Shown here one piece after another: positions 16,022-24,385 of a DNA stretch of 32,000 nucleotides (its first letter is position 1; every line of letters begins with the position of its first letter). The stretch is from an uncultured Chloroflexia bacterium. GTDB taxonomy: Bacteria; Chloroflexota; Ktedonobacteria; Ktedonobacterales; JADMIN01. The notes under the pieces were generated by a model. It was not told the DNA's origin. It worked only from the letters and a program-made list of their open reading frames with translations, and did no database searches. The position numbers were made by a program, and so were the translations under genes. The stretch is from the NCBI GenBank assembly GCA_963718915.1, contig CAVRAI010000003.1:630001-662000 (forward strand), written 5' to 3'.

Positions 16022-17302
16022 ATGCGAGATTCGAAGAATACCGCGGCTGGGCAGCAACGGCGGCTTCCCTTGCCGAACCTGCGCCTGATTCTCGGTATCG
16101 TCGCCGCCGCGTTCGCGGTCATGCTGGTGTTGCAGGCGATCACTATTGCCGCGCTCACGATGGTGGACAGGCAGCGCAAACGCCGGAGCGCCCCGGCGGC
16201 TTTTCCGCATAGCGAGCTGCCCGAAGTCACCCTCGACGGTAGCTCTTTCCAGATCTACGTCTACGGGCGCGACCTCTACGATGCGATGCTTACCGCCATC
16301 GATGAGGCTACCGACACCATCTATATGGAAACATTCATCTGGAAGGATGATGAGGCTGGCCAGGAATTCAAGGAGCATCTCGCGCGCAAGGCCGAGCAGG
16401 GGGTCGCGGTCTATGCGGTCTACGATGTCTTCGGCAATCTCGTGGTGCCGCGCGACTTTAAGCAGTTTCCCGCCAACATCCATCTGCTGCGCTACCGTGC
16501 CATCCATCGCCTGCGCCACCTGCTCATGCCGCGCCGCTATGCCCTCGACCATCGCAAGCTGTTGATCGTGGATGGCCGGATCGCCTTTATCGGCGGCTAC
16601 AACATCGGCAGTCTCTACGCCACCGAATGGCGCGACACCCACCTGCGTATCACCGGGCCAGACGCCGCATTCATCGCCCAGGCGTTCGTCGACTTCTGGA
16701 ACCGGAACGCCCCGCGCTCCGATCTCATCAACAAACGCTACCAGCGACACTACAACGCCGCAATGGGCGTGCGCAGCAATGACGCGATGCGCCTGACATT
16801 CCCCATTCGCGACATGTATCTCAACGGAATCGACGCCGCCGACCGCGACATCCGCCTCACCAGCGCCTATTTTATTCCTGACCACGTCTTGCTGAACTCG
16901 CTCAAAGCGGCGGCGGCCCGTGGGGTGGATGTGCAGGTGCTCGTGCCGTGGACATCGAACCATATCGTCGCCGACTGGGCCTCCCACGCCTACTTCACTG
17001 AATGCCTGCAAGCGGGCATCCGCATCTTTGGCTATGAGCACGCGATGATTCATGCCAAGACCTGTACCGTGGATGGCGAGCTTACGACCATCGGCACCGC
17101 GAATATCGACCGGCTCAGCTCCGTTGGCAACTATGAGATCAACGCGGTGATTGTCAACCCGGACGTAGCCAGTCAGATGGAGCGCATCTTCGAGGCCGAC
17201 AAATCGAACGCGTTCGAGCTGACGCTGGAAAAGTGGCGTTCGCGCCCGTGGTACGTCAAAGCAAGCGAGCGGATCATCAAACCACTGCGGTTCGTCCTGT
17301 GA
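16022..17302 (+). CDS. phospholipase D family protein, cardiolipin synthase-like (two HKD motifs)
   Basis: HKD motif 1 is LDHRKLLIVDGRIAFIGGYNI. HKD motif 2 is MIHAKTCTVDGELTTIGTANID. The N-terminal TM helix is LILGIVAAAFAVMLVLQAITIAAL. The start is uncertain: in-frame candidates are 15920, 15995, 16004 and 16022. Confidence 0.8.
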   Translation: MRDSKNTAAGQQRRLPLPNLRLILGIVAAAFAVMLVLQAITIAALTMVDRQRKRRSAPAAFPHSELPEVTLDGSSFQIYVYGRDLYDAMLTAIDEATDTIYMETFIWKDDEAGQEFKEHLARKAEQGVAVYAVYDVFGNLVVPRDFKQFPANIHLLRYRAIHRLRHLLMPRRYALDHRKLLIVDGRIAFIGGYNIGSLYATEWRDTHLRITGPDAAFIAQAFVDFWNRNAPRSDLINKRYQRHYNAAMGVRSNDAMRLTFPIRDMYLNGIDAADRDIRLTSAYFIPDHVLLNSLKAAAARGVDVQVLVPWTSNHIVADWASHAYFTECLQAGIRIFGYEHAMIHAKTCTVDGELTTIGTANIDRLSSVGNYEINAVIVNPDVASQMERIFEADKSNAFELTLEKWRSRPWYVKASERIIKPLRFVL

Positions 17303-17321
17303 GACGGCGGGGGAATGTCGC

Positions 17322-17894
17322 GTGACGCGCAGAATCGACTATAGCAGCGATGAATGGGCGCTCCTCACCATCACCCCGGAACTCATCGGACTCAAGATGC
17401 TCGCGGTCTCCCGGAGCGGCCCGATAGGCAAGCTGCGCGAGCTTGTCGCGCTCTCCGCATGCCTGACGCCCGAGTCTGTCCCCGCGCGATTCAGGCGCAA
17501 CGAGCTGGTGCTGGCGCTGCTGGAGGATAGCGGGTTCCAATCCTCCACTGCTCTTTCGTGGGGCAGCATGAATGGACTGGCTACAACGATAGCAACCGCG
17601 CGGCTCCGGGCGTTGCCTTCGTGTGAGAAAGTCGCCGCCCTGCTCATGGATAAGACGCCGTGGGCTGAGGCGGATGGCGTGAAGCGATGGCTGTTCTGGC
17701 TGGCTACGTCTGTCGCGCGGGCGAGCAGCGATGGGTGGCTAGGTTTTGGACGGAGGGTGAGCGCGGAGGAAGCGACGTTGCTGCGGCAGATCGCCACATC
17801 GCTTCATCTCTCTCTGGCCGACCCGATTCCATCCATAGGCCACCTCGATACGACACACCCTGCGCTACAGGATGTCGAAGATGTTCCTGGGTAG
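17322..17894 (+). CDS. hypothetical protein (helical; conserved-looking but family not recognised)
   Basis: 190-aa ORF with a GTG start 20 nt after the preceding stop. The composition is coding-like (DEWALLTITPELIGLKMLAVS ... WLFWLATSVARASSDGWLGFGRRVSAEEATLLRQIATSLHL). No motif I can name. Confidence 0.55.
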   Translation: MTRRIDYSSDEWALLTITPELIGLKMLAVSRSGPIGKLRELVALSACLTPESVPARFRRNELVLALLEDSGFQSSTALSWGSMNGLATTIATARLRALPSCEKVAALLMDKTPWAEADGVKRWLFWLATSVARASSDGWLGFGRRVSAEEATLLRQIATSLHLSLADPIPSIGHLDTTHPALQDVEDVPG

Positions 17895-17930
17895 CGCCGC
17901 TGGAGATGGCCATTGGCGAACCAACAAGGG

Positions 17931-17970
17931 CCAGTGATGACCAGAGTGATGACCAGTGATGACCAGCGAT
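17931..17970 (+). repeat. 10-12-nt tandem repeat ccag(ag)tgatga, ~3.7 copies
   Basis: ccagtgatga ccagagtgatga ccagtgatga ccagcgat. It lies between the hypothetical gene and the DUF2254 gene. Each unit carries GTG, ATG and TGA triplets. Confidence 0.85.
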
Positions 17971-18009
17971 AGGTGGCGCGGGCCGGTCAACGCGGGGGGA
18001 GCGCAATAC

Positions 18010-19410
18010 ATGAGCGGGCGCGGTAACTCGCCGCTATCAGTGTTTGCGGAGGGGAACTGGAGGCGGAACCTCTGGATCTGGGCAACGCCGCTGCTCTTTT
18101 TTGTGGGCGCGATTGCCTTTGCGCTTCTCACGCTGCAATGGGATCAGGCGGTTGCCGCGGGACATCTCGCCTTGCCGAGATGGGCGGTGAGCGATGACCC
18201 CGGTGACGCTCAGTCCATCCTCTCGGTCGTCGCGGGCGCGTCCATCAGCGCGCTCACGCTGGTCTTCTCTTCGGCGCTGGTCGTGCTGACGCTGGCGGCG
18301 GCGCAGTTCGGCTCTTTTCTGTTACATGACTTCATCCGCATGCGCATCGTGCGCTTAACCCTCAGTATGTTTGTCGCCACGTTCGTGTATAGCCTGATGA
18401 TACTGGCGCGCGTGGGGGACGGATTGACCCAGGAGTTCGTCCCTCAAATCTCCGCCAAAATCGCGATGGTGCTTGCCTTTGTCAGCTTAATACTGCTGAT
18501 CGGATTCATCTATAGCATCTCGATCTCGATCCAGGCCCAGCAGGTGGCCGCGCAGGTGGCTGCCGAACTGCGACGGGCGATTGACGAGCGCCAGCGTGCG
18601 ATTGCCTCCGAGGGAGGGATCGATGTCTCCGACGCGCCCGTGCCAGACAATCTGGCCGAGGCTACTCGTCATCTGGCAGCGGACGCGGCGTCGGTGACTG
18701 CGACGAAGAGCGGCTACCTCCAGGAGCTTGCGTTTCGGAAGCTGGTGCGCGCAGCCAGCCAGGCGGGGGCCGTCGTACATCTTATGTACCGCCCAGGGCA
18801 ATACATTCTGGCTGGTTCGGTGCTCGCCGAGGTCTGGCCACCACATGCCATTGATGCGCACTCGCCATTGGCGTCGGCGGTCCAGCGCGCCCATATCGTG
18901 GGATCGCAGCGCACGATGCGCCAGGATCTCGAGTTTGCCATCGACAAGCTCGAACAGATTGCGTTGATCGCGCTCTCCGCTTCGATCAACAATACCTTCA
19001 ACGCGCTGATCTGCATCGACTGGCTCGCCGATGGGCTGCGCATGCTTGCCGAGAAGCCCAGCGACTGGCTTGTCTACCATGATGTGCAGGGCGCCGTCAG
19101 GGTCATCACCCAACCACTCACGCTGACGAGCCTCATCGACGCCGCATTCTCTAAAGTCCGCTACGCGAGTCGCGGCAATCCGGCGGTGGTCATCCACCTG
19201 CTGCGGGCAATTGGCCGCCTCGCGCCGTTTCTTGCCGCGCCGGAGCAGCGTGACGCGCTGGCAGCCCAGGCGAACGCGGCGGTCGAGGAGGCGCTGCACG
19301 TGCTTTCGCTGGAATCGGACCGTGCGGCGGTTCTCGATTGCTACACGAGTACCTGCGAGGTTCTTGGGCGGCCAGCGCTCCTGTCTCCGGCGCGGGCGCC
19401 TGTGCGCTGA
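18010..19410 (+). CDS. DUF2254 domain-containing membrane protein
   Basis: The N-terminal TM region has SILSVVAGASISALTLVFSSALVVLTLAAAQFGSFLLHDFIRMRIVRLTLSMFVATFVYSL, typical of DUF2254, followed by a large soluble C-terminal domain. The ORF is open from GTG 17956. ATG 18010 has GGGGGAG 8 nt upstream. Confidence 0.7.
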   Translation: MSGRGNSPLSVFAEGNWRRNLWIWATPLLFFVGAIAFALLTLQWDQAVAAGHLALPRWAVSDDPGDAQSILSVVAGASISALTLVFSSALVVLTLAAAQFGSFLLHDFIRMRIVRLTLSMFVATFVYSLMILARVGDGLTQEFVPQISAKIAMVLAFVSLILLIGFIYSISISIQAQQVAAQVAAELRRAIDERQRAIASEGGIDVSDAPVPDNLAEATRHLAADAASVTATKSGYLQELAFRKLVRAASQAGAVVHLMYRPGQYILAGSVLAEVWPPHAIDAHSPLASAVQRAHIVGSQRTMRQDLEFAIDKLEQIALIALSASINNTFNALICIDWLADGLRMLAEKPSDWLVYHDVQGAVRVITQPLTLTSLIDAAFSKVRYASRGNPAVVIHLLRAIGRLAPFLAAPEQRDALAAQANAAVEEALHVLSLESDRAAVLDCYTSTCEVLGRPALLSPARAPVR

Positions 19411-19444
19411 GGGCCAGCTTCCCAGGGTGGCTCATACCGAGCGC

Positions 19445-19466
19445 GTTAACACTTGGTTAACACTTG
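19445..19466. repeat. 11-nt tandem duplication gttaacacttg x2 including the stop codon and last codons of the lipoprotein gene
   Basis: Read directly from the sequence. Confidence 0.9.
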
Positions 19467-19873
19467 AAGGTGGACTTCAACGAGTTTACCTTGGTCTGCG
19501 CCTGGGCCACCTTGCTCTTGAAGTCCTGGAGCTTGGGGCCGACCTGACCCATCGTGGCGTTATCGGGCTGGTCTTTGATCGCCGCCGTTAGCTCATCGTT
19601 GGCCTGCTGGAGGTCGCTCATCGTTGAGCCGTCCAGTCCAGGGATCTTGCTGAGCACGCCGATCGCGGTGGTAAGTTTCTGCTGGATCGCCTTGACCTCG
19701 CCCACCGTGGTCTGATCGCCCACATTGGCGAGCTGGTTGAGCGGCTGTTCAACCGCCGCCAGGCCCTGGCATATCTTGTTCGTTACGCCCCCGGTGGAGA
19801 TGGATGTGGCGCCGCAGCCCGCCAGCAGCAGGAGCGCGGCCAGCAGGATGATGGCTACACGTGAGTGACGCAT
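19457..19873 (-). CDS. lipoprotein (helical, Gln/Ala-rich; unknown function)
   Basis: The signal peptide with lipobox is MRHSRVAIILLAALLLLAGCG. AGGAGG SD lies upstream. Confidence 0.75.
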   Translation of the reverse strand: MRHSRVAIILLAALLLLAGCGATSISTGGVTNKICQGLAAVEQPLNQLANVGDQTTVGEVKAIQQKLTTAIGVLSKIPGLDGSTMSDLQQANDELTAAIKDQPDNATMGQVGPKLQDFKSKVAQAQTKVNSLKSTFKC

Positions 19874-19890
19874 GGTGGAACCTCCTGTAT

Positions 19891-19914
19891 TGGGCTGTTG
19901 GGCTGTTGGGCTGT
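19891..19914. repeat. 8-nt tandem repeat tgggctgt x3 in the 5' leader of the lipoprotein gene
   Basis: Read directly from the sequence. It lies 18-41 nt upstream of the start codon. Confidence 0.9.
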
Positions 19915-19970
19915 CCTGGCATATCAGGCGACCCGGCTCTGCGCCGCGCGCCTGGCTTCCTCTCCCACCT

Positions 19971-20035
19971 CAGCATAGCCGCCGCCCATGCTCGCTACCC
20001 CATCCGCAGGGTGAGTACGCCGGGCGGGTTTTCCC
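19971..20035 (-). repeat. conserved ~65-nt intergenic element, copy A (partner at 22859-22923)
   Basis: A gap-free hand alignment to copy B gives 52/65 identical overall and 43/49 in the core. It lies 98-162 nt upstream of the lipoprotein start, in the same orientation as that gene. Confidence 0.85.
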
Positions 20036-20277
20036 TTATCTTTGTGGGAAGCCACGCAGTAAGCAGGCGGTAGTGGTGGTATGCTCGTATGGCGAGGGTA
20101 CGGTGAGGGCAATAGACGTAACAAGACCAGGAGCGCCTGGCACAACCAGTGATAGACTGGAGGCATGAGCATGAGCGCGTACACTCTGGGCCGGGGACGC
20201 GACCGTGGTATCGGACGGTCGGTTTCGGCGCAATCGGGGTCCATCCGACGACGAGGCGGGCGAGAGGAGCCTGTGCG

Positions 20278-21417
20278 ATGAGTTACGACTATGTGGTGGT
20301 AGGCGGTGGCATCTATGGCTGTGCCACAGCGTGGGAGCTGGCGCGCCGTGGGGCGCGCGTGGTCGTGCTCGAAGCGCGAGCCGTTGCGTCGGGCGCATCG
20401 GGTGGGCCTGGCAAGCGTGGTGTGCGTGCGTGCGGTCGCGATCCGCGGGAGTTGCCTCTCATGCAACTGGCGTACGACCTGTGGCCTGCGTTAGCCGACG
20501 GGATCGGCGCGGCAACCGGTTACGAGCGCACGGGCCTACTCCACCTTTTCGAGCGCGAACCGGACGGCCTCGACGGCGGCTGGGCGAGCGCCCCCGGTCG
20601 CGCCTGGGTGCAAAGTCGGCGTGGCATCGCTACAGAGATCCTCGACCGCGACGCCGTGCGCGCGCTGGAGCCTGACGTGTGTGAGGCAGTGAGCGGCGCA
20701 CTCTACTGCCCCGACGACGGCATCGCGGATCACACGGCCACTACGCGCGGCCTCGCCGCAGCTGCGGCGCGCCTGGGCGCCGAGATCCGCGAGGGGACAG
20801 CAGTCGTCGGCCTGGAGCGTGCGGGCGACCGAGTGACGGCGGTGGTGACGGCAGAGGGCGAGCGCATCGCGGTGGGTGATGCTGCGCTGCTCCTCACCAA
20901 TGGGCACGCGCCTGGCTTCGTGCGCAAGGAGCTTCGTGTGACCTTGCCCGTCTGGTCCATGCTGCCGCAAGTGCTGCTGACCGAGCCGCTAGACTCGCCG
21001 CCGATCCGTCACCTGATCGGTCACGAGCGACGCACACTGGCGATCAAGCCGATCCCCGGCGGGCAGGTGATGATCTCGGGTGGGTGGCACGGACGCTGGA
21101 ACGCCCAGGCGGATCGGGGCGAGGTCATCCCGGCGCAGGTGGAGGGCAACCTCGCCGAGGCCGCCGCTGTCTTCCCCGCGCTCGTCGGCGTTCGTCTGGC
21201 TGAGAGTGACGCCTCCCGCCTAGAGTCGGTCTGCGTGGACGACATTCCGATTATCGACCGCCTCCCCGGCGCCACAAATCTCATCGTCGGCACTGGCTGG
21301 TCAGGGCATGGCTTCGCCATCTCGCTGGCGGTGGCGAAGCTTCTAGCCGACTGGGTCACCGGGTCAGAGCAGCCCGAACTGCTACGTCCATTCGCCTACG
21401 ATCGCTTCCTGGCATGA
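20278..21417 (+). CDS. FAD-dependent oxidoreductase, DAO family (glycine/D-amino-acid/sarcosine oxidase-like)
   Basis: The start MSYDYVVVGGGIYGCATAWELARRGARVVVLE is a GxGxxG Rossmann motif, with GAGGAG SD upstream. The C-terminal GTGWSGHGFAISLA motif is typical of DAO-family enzymes. Confidence 0.8.
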   Translation: MSYDYVVVGGGIYGCATAWELARRGARVVVLEARAVASGASGGPGKRGVRACGRDPRELPLMQLAYDLWPALADGIGAATGYERTGLLHLFEREPDGLDGGWASAPGRAWVQSRRGIATEILDRDAVRALEPDVCEAVSGALYCPDDGIADHTATTRGLAAAAARLGAEIREGTAVVGLERAGDRVTAVVTAEGERIAVGDAALLLTNGHAPGFVRKELRVTLPVWSMLPQVLLTEPLDSPPIRHLIGHERRTLAIKPIPGGQVMISGGWHGRWNAQADRGEVIPAQVEGNLAEAAAVFPALVGVRLAESDASRLESVCVDDIPIIDRLPGATNLIVGTGWSGHGFAISLAVAKLLADWVTGSEQPELLRPFAYDRFLA

Positions 21418-21452
21418 CGTGGCGCGCGGCTGGCCATCGTGCCTTCCTCTTA

Positions 21453-22774
21453 TTAGCCGGTCGGCGCCGTGGCTTGCGTCTTTGTGCTTCTGGCTCTGCG
21501 CTGCGCTATCATCCGCTTGATGCTTTCGCCCACGATCAGCGCGACAAGGCTGGAGAGCACCAGGAGCGCGATCTCGTTCGCGTCGGCGGTGCCGATCACC
21601 ACCACCAGCAGGATCGACGTCAACGGCGCGCCCAGCGCCATCGTAAGGGTCGCCGCCTCGATGCACAGCACGAAGATCGAGACTGGCACACCGGGGAAGA
21701 GCAGGCTCAGCGCGAGGCCGAACATCGTGCAGGAGAACAGGATCGGGAACGTGGGGCCGCCCAGATAGCCGCTCTTGAAGGAGAGGGCCAGGAGCAGCAG
21801 CTTGAGGATTCCTAGCCCCAGCAGCGCCAGGACGCCATAGCTCGCGGGGTTGTCGATCATGGGGAAGATTTGTGTCTCGCCAGCGAACATCACCTGCGGG
21901 ACGAAGAAGACGACAATAGCGATGACGACCGCGGCGACAAGAATCCGCAAGATAACCCGGTCGTGGAAGATGCGCTCGGTGAGCGTCTGGAAGAAGCGGA
22001 ACGAAATTGCGACGAAGAGCGCCACCAGCACGCCGACGAAACCCAGCGCGATAGCGAAGAGAACGTAGGGCACGGTCAACTGATTGATTGGCGTGAAAGT
22101 GATGTATTTGGCGAAGTCTGACAGGTTGAGCAGCGCATAGAAGAGGTATCCGATGACGCCGGCAAGCAGGTTCCAGGCAAGGAACGCCAGCGCATTCGTC
22201 CCGCCAACGCCCAGCTCAGTCGCGAGTACTCCGGTGAAGAGCGGGCTGCCGATAATGCCATTGTAGGCGGAGGCCAGGGCCGCCAGGTCGAATCCCTGTG
22301 CGGTCTCGCGTGAGATTCTGAGCTTGCTGCGAATCCATGCCGTAACGTCGCCGACAAGTATGCCAACGGGAGCTTCAGGGCCGACACTTGCTCCGGAGAG
22401 CAACGAGGCGAATGCCGTGAGAAGCGCGCCGGGGAAGGTCGTGTAGTCCGACTCTTCGCCTCCCTTGAACGCATTCACCACCCCGCCGTGGATGACGGTT
22501 GGCGCGCGCAGATACTTCTGGGCAAGCCCGACGATGAGGGAGAAGACGAGAACCCCGACCGGGATCGTCCAGCGCCGGGTGGTGAAGAAATCGTTGGGCC
22601 AGATGGCACGGAGAGAAACCCGTTGATGCCCAGGAAAATCGCCGTGAAGATGATAGCGACCAGCGCAATGCCGATGATCTGCCATAATTTCGGCGCCGCT
22701 ACGGATCCTTCCTGGTCGGTTGGCGTCGTTGCTGGCGTCGCTGCCTCTGTCGGCGTCTCGTGCGTCTCAGTCAT
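21453..22774 (-). CDS. ClC-family (voltage-gated chloride channel family) protein, interrupted by an apparent 1-nt frame break near 22615-22630
   Basis: The main frame, 21453..22685, carries SGASVGPEAP (a variant of the GxEGP motif) and about 10 TM helices. The N-terminal leader and first TM helix (MTETHETP...KLWQIIGIALVAIIFTAIFLGINGFL, ATG 22774 with GGAGGAAA SD) are in the other frame (ORF 22475..22864). Both frames are open across 22475-22685. Confidence 0.75.
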
Positions 22775-22817
22775 ATCAGCGTTTCCTCCAGGAGGATCCA
22801 GGAAAGCAAGTGGCAAC

Positions 22818-22862
22818 GCTTCCCATAGACTCGCTTCCCATAGACTCCAGTTAGACTCCAGC
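22818..22862. repeat. nested tandem duplications in the ClC leader: gcttcccatagactc x2 (22818-22847), then tagactccag(t/c) x2 (22841-22862)
   Basis: Read directly from the sequence. Confidence 0.9.
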
Positions 22863-22923
22863 ATGAACGACGCCCACGCTCGCTACCCCGTCCGCTGGGT
22901 GAGTCTGCCGGGTGGGTTTCTCA
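22859..22923 (-). repeat. conserved ~65-nt intergenic element, copy B (partner at 19971-20035)
   Basis: See copy A. It lies 85-149 nt upstream of the ClC start codon at 22774, in the same orientation as that gene. Confidence 0.85.
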
Positions 22924-23135
22924 TTACTCCATGCTTAGAGAATGGGTATGGTACCAGCGGCGGCGCATGCTCTCACTCCCCTTATGGCCAGTCGAATACT
23001 ATGCCACTGATCCACCCCGGCGCATGGGGTAACGATGCGATTTTCTGTCTACCTTGATTGCTGACAGCATGGCATTGGCCGCAATGGATGTAGATGTCGC
23101 ATGCTAACATCCTGTTCCTGGGAGGGAGATAGCCT

Positions 23136-23579
23136 GTGGTCTTCTGGCTGGCGGCGCTCTTTGTCGCCATCTTCTGGCTCCTTCCCGCACTCTGGGCATT
23201 CACCTCCCATTTCCAACGCCGCCGGAGACGGGTCGCGCCTTCAGCCGAATACGCCCTTGCGGAGGCGCGTTCGCGCGCCCTTTTGCGCGATCTGCTGGAT
23301 GAGCGGGAGTTCCAGCAACTGACGCAGCAGGGATATCTGGACGTCGCCAGCCCCAACTATGAGGATCGCGTCTATCGCATACCTGGCTGCGCTGGATGGG
23401 TCTGTGTCTACGAGAAAGGGCAGGCGCGGGTGAACCTGTGCCTACAGCCAGTGGAGCCGCTTCCAGGCAACGATATGATCGCACTGCACAAGCTCATGAT
23501 CGAGGGGAACGAACACGGCTACCTGGCTCGCGCCAATGAGATTCCGCTCTTCTTCCCGACCCGGAGCGACGACGAGTAG
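23136..23579 (+). CDS. hypothetical protein with N-terminal TM helix
   Basis: GTG start preceded by GGGAGGGAG. VFWLAALFVAIFWLLPALWAF is a TM helix. The soluble part (YRIPGCAGWVCVYEKGQARVNLCLQPVEP) matches no family I recognise. Confidence 0.5.
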   Translation: MVFWLAALFVAIFWLLPALWAFTSHFQRRRRRVAPSAEYALAEARSRALLRDLLDEREFQQLTQQGYLDVASPNYEDRVYRIPGCAGWVCVYEKGQARVNLCLQPVEPLPGNDMIALHKLMIEGNEHGYLARANEIPLFFPTRSDDE

Positions 23580-23609
23580 AGGGTAATTTTCCTGAAGGGG
23601 GAACGAACC

Positions 23610-24377
23610 ATGATGCTGGCAAACAAGGTGGCCATCGTGACCGGGGGCGACAGCGGCATTGGGCACGCAATCAGCGTGGGACTCGCCCGCGAGGGCGCCG
23701 CAGTGACGATTAACTACCACCGCGACCAGGCGGCTGCCGAAGCCACGTTGCGACAGATTCAGCAGGAGGGTGGCAAGGGCCAGGTCATCCAGGCCGATGT
23801 CGCCAATCCGGCGGATATTCAGAAGCTCGTCGACCAGACGGTGCAGGCGTTCGGGCGTCTGGATGTGATGGTCAATAACGCCGGGATGGAGACGCGCACC
23901 TCCCTGCTCGATACCACGGAGCGGCAGTTCGATCTGGTGATCGGCGTTGACCTGAAGAGCGCCTTTTTCGGGACGCAGATGGCCGCCCGGCAGATGATCA
24001 AACAGGGCGGCGGCGGCCACATCATCAATATCTCGTCGGTCCATGAAGACTGGCCGATGCCAGGCAATATCGCCTACTGCTGCGCCAAAGGCGGGGTGCG
24101 CATGCTGACCCGGACCGCTGGCGTTGAGCTGGGGCCGAATGGCATCACGGTGGTGAACGTTGGCCCTGGCGCGGTGGATACCCCCATCGACGCCAAGACA
24201 CTTGCCGATCCAGCAGAGAAGGCCAAGCTCGACGCCGCCATTCCACTTGGCCACGTCGCTGAGCCGAACGAGATCGCCAACCTGGTGGTCTGGCTGGCCT
24301 CTGACCAGGCGCGCTATGGGACCGCGACCACGTACTTCATTGACGGCGGCATCATGCAGAGCAGCGTTGGCCTCTAG
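23610..24377 (+). CDS. SDR family oxidoreductase (glucose 1-dehydrogenase-like)
   Basis: TGGDSGIG cofactor motif, NNAG, and a catalytic S...YxxxK (SSVHE...YCCAK). 255 aa. Confidence 0.85.
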   Translation: MMLANKVAIVTGGDSGIGHAISVGLAREGAAVTINYHRDQAAAEATLRQIQQEGGKGQVIQADVANPADIQKLVDQTVQAFGRLDVMVNNAGMETRTSLLDTTERQFDLVIGVDLKSAFFGTQMAARQMIKQGGGGHIINISSVHEDWPMPGNIAYCCAKGGVRMLTRTAGVELGPNGITVVNVGPGAVDTPIDAKTLADPAEKAKLDAAIPLGHVAEPNEIANLVVWLASDQARYGTATTYFIDGGIMQSSVGL

Positions 24378-24385
24378 CCCACTGC

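Noticed and set aside
15905-17053. 382-aa minus-strand ORF
   Set aside because: It is antisense to the PLD/cardiolipin synthase gene, which has two HKD motifs. Shadow ORF.
18487-19299. 270-aa minus-strand ORF
   Set aside because: It is antisense to the DUF2254 gene. Arg-rich shadow ORF.
20041-20277. Possible glycine riboswitch upstream of the DAO-family (glycine-oxidase-like) gene
   Set aside because: I could not find the conserved CTCTGGAGAG...ACCGAAGGGGCAA-type cores. Only generic GC-rich hairpins are present.
22775-22923. Possible fluoride (crcB-type) riboswitch upstream of the ClC gene
   Set aside because: The sequence does not fit the crcB motif as I recall it; there is no ...GGCGATG...CTGATGA...CCTAC-type arrangement. 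The conserved element is also found upstream of an unrelated lipoprotein gene.
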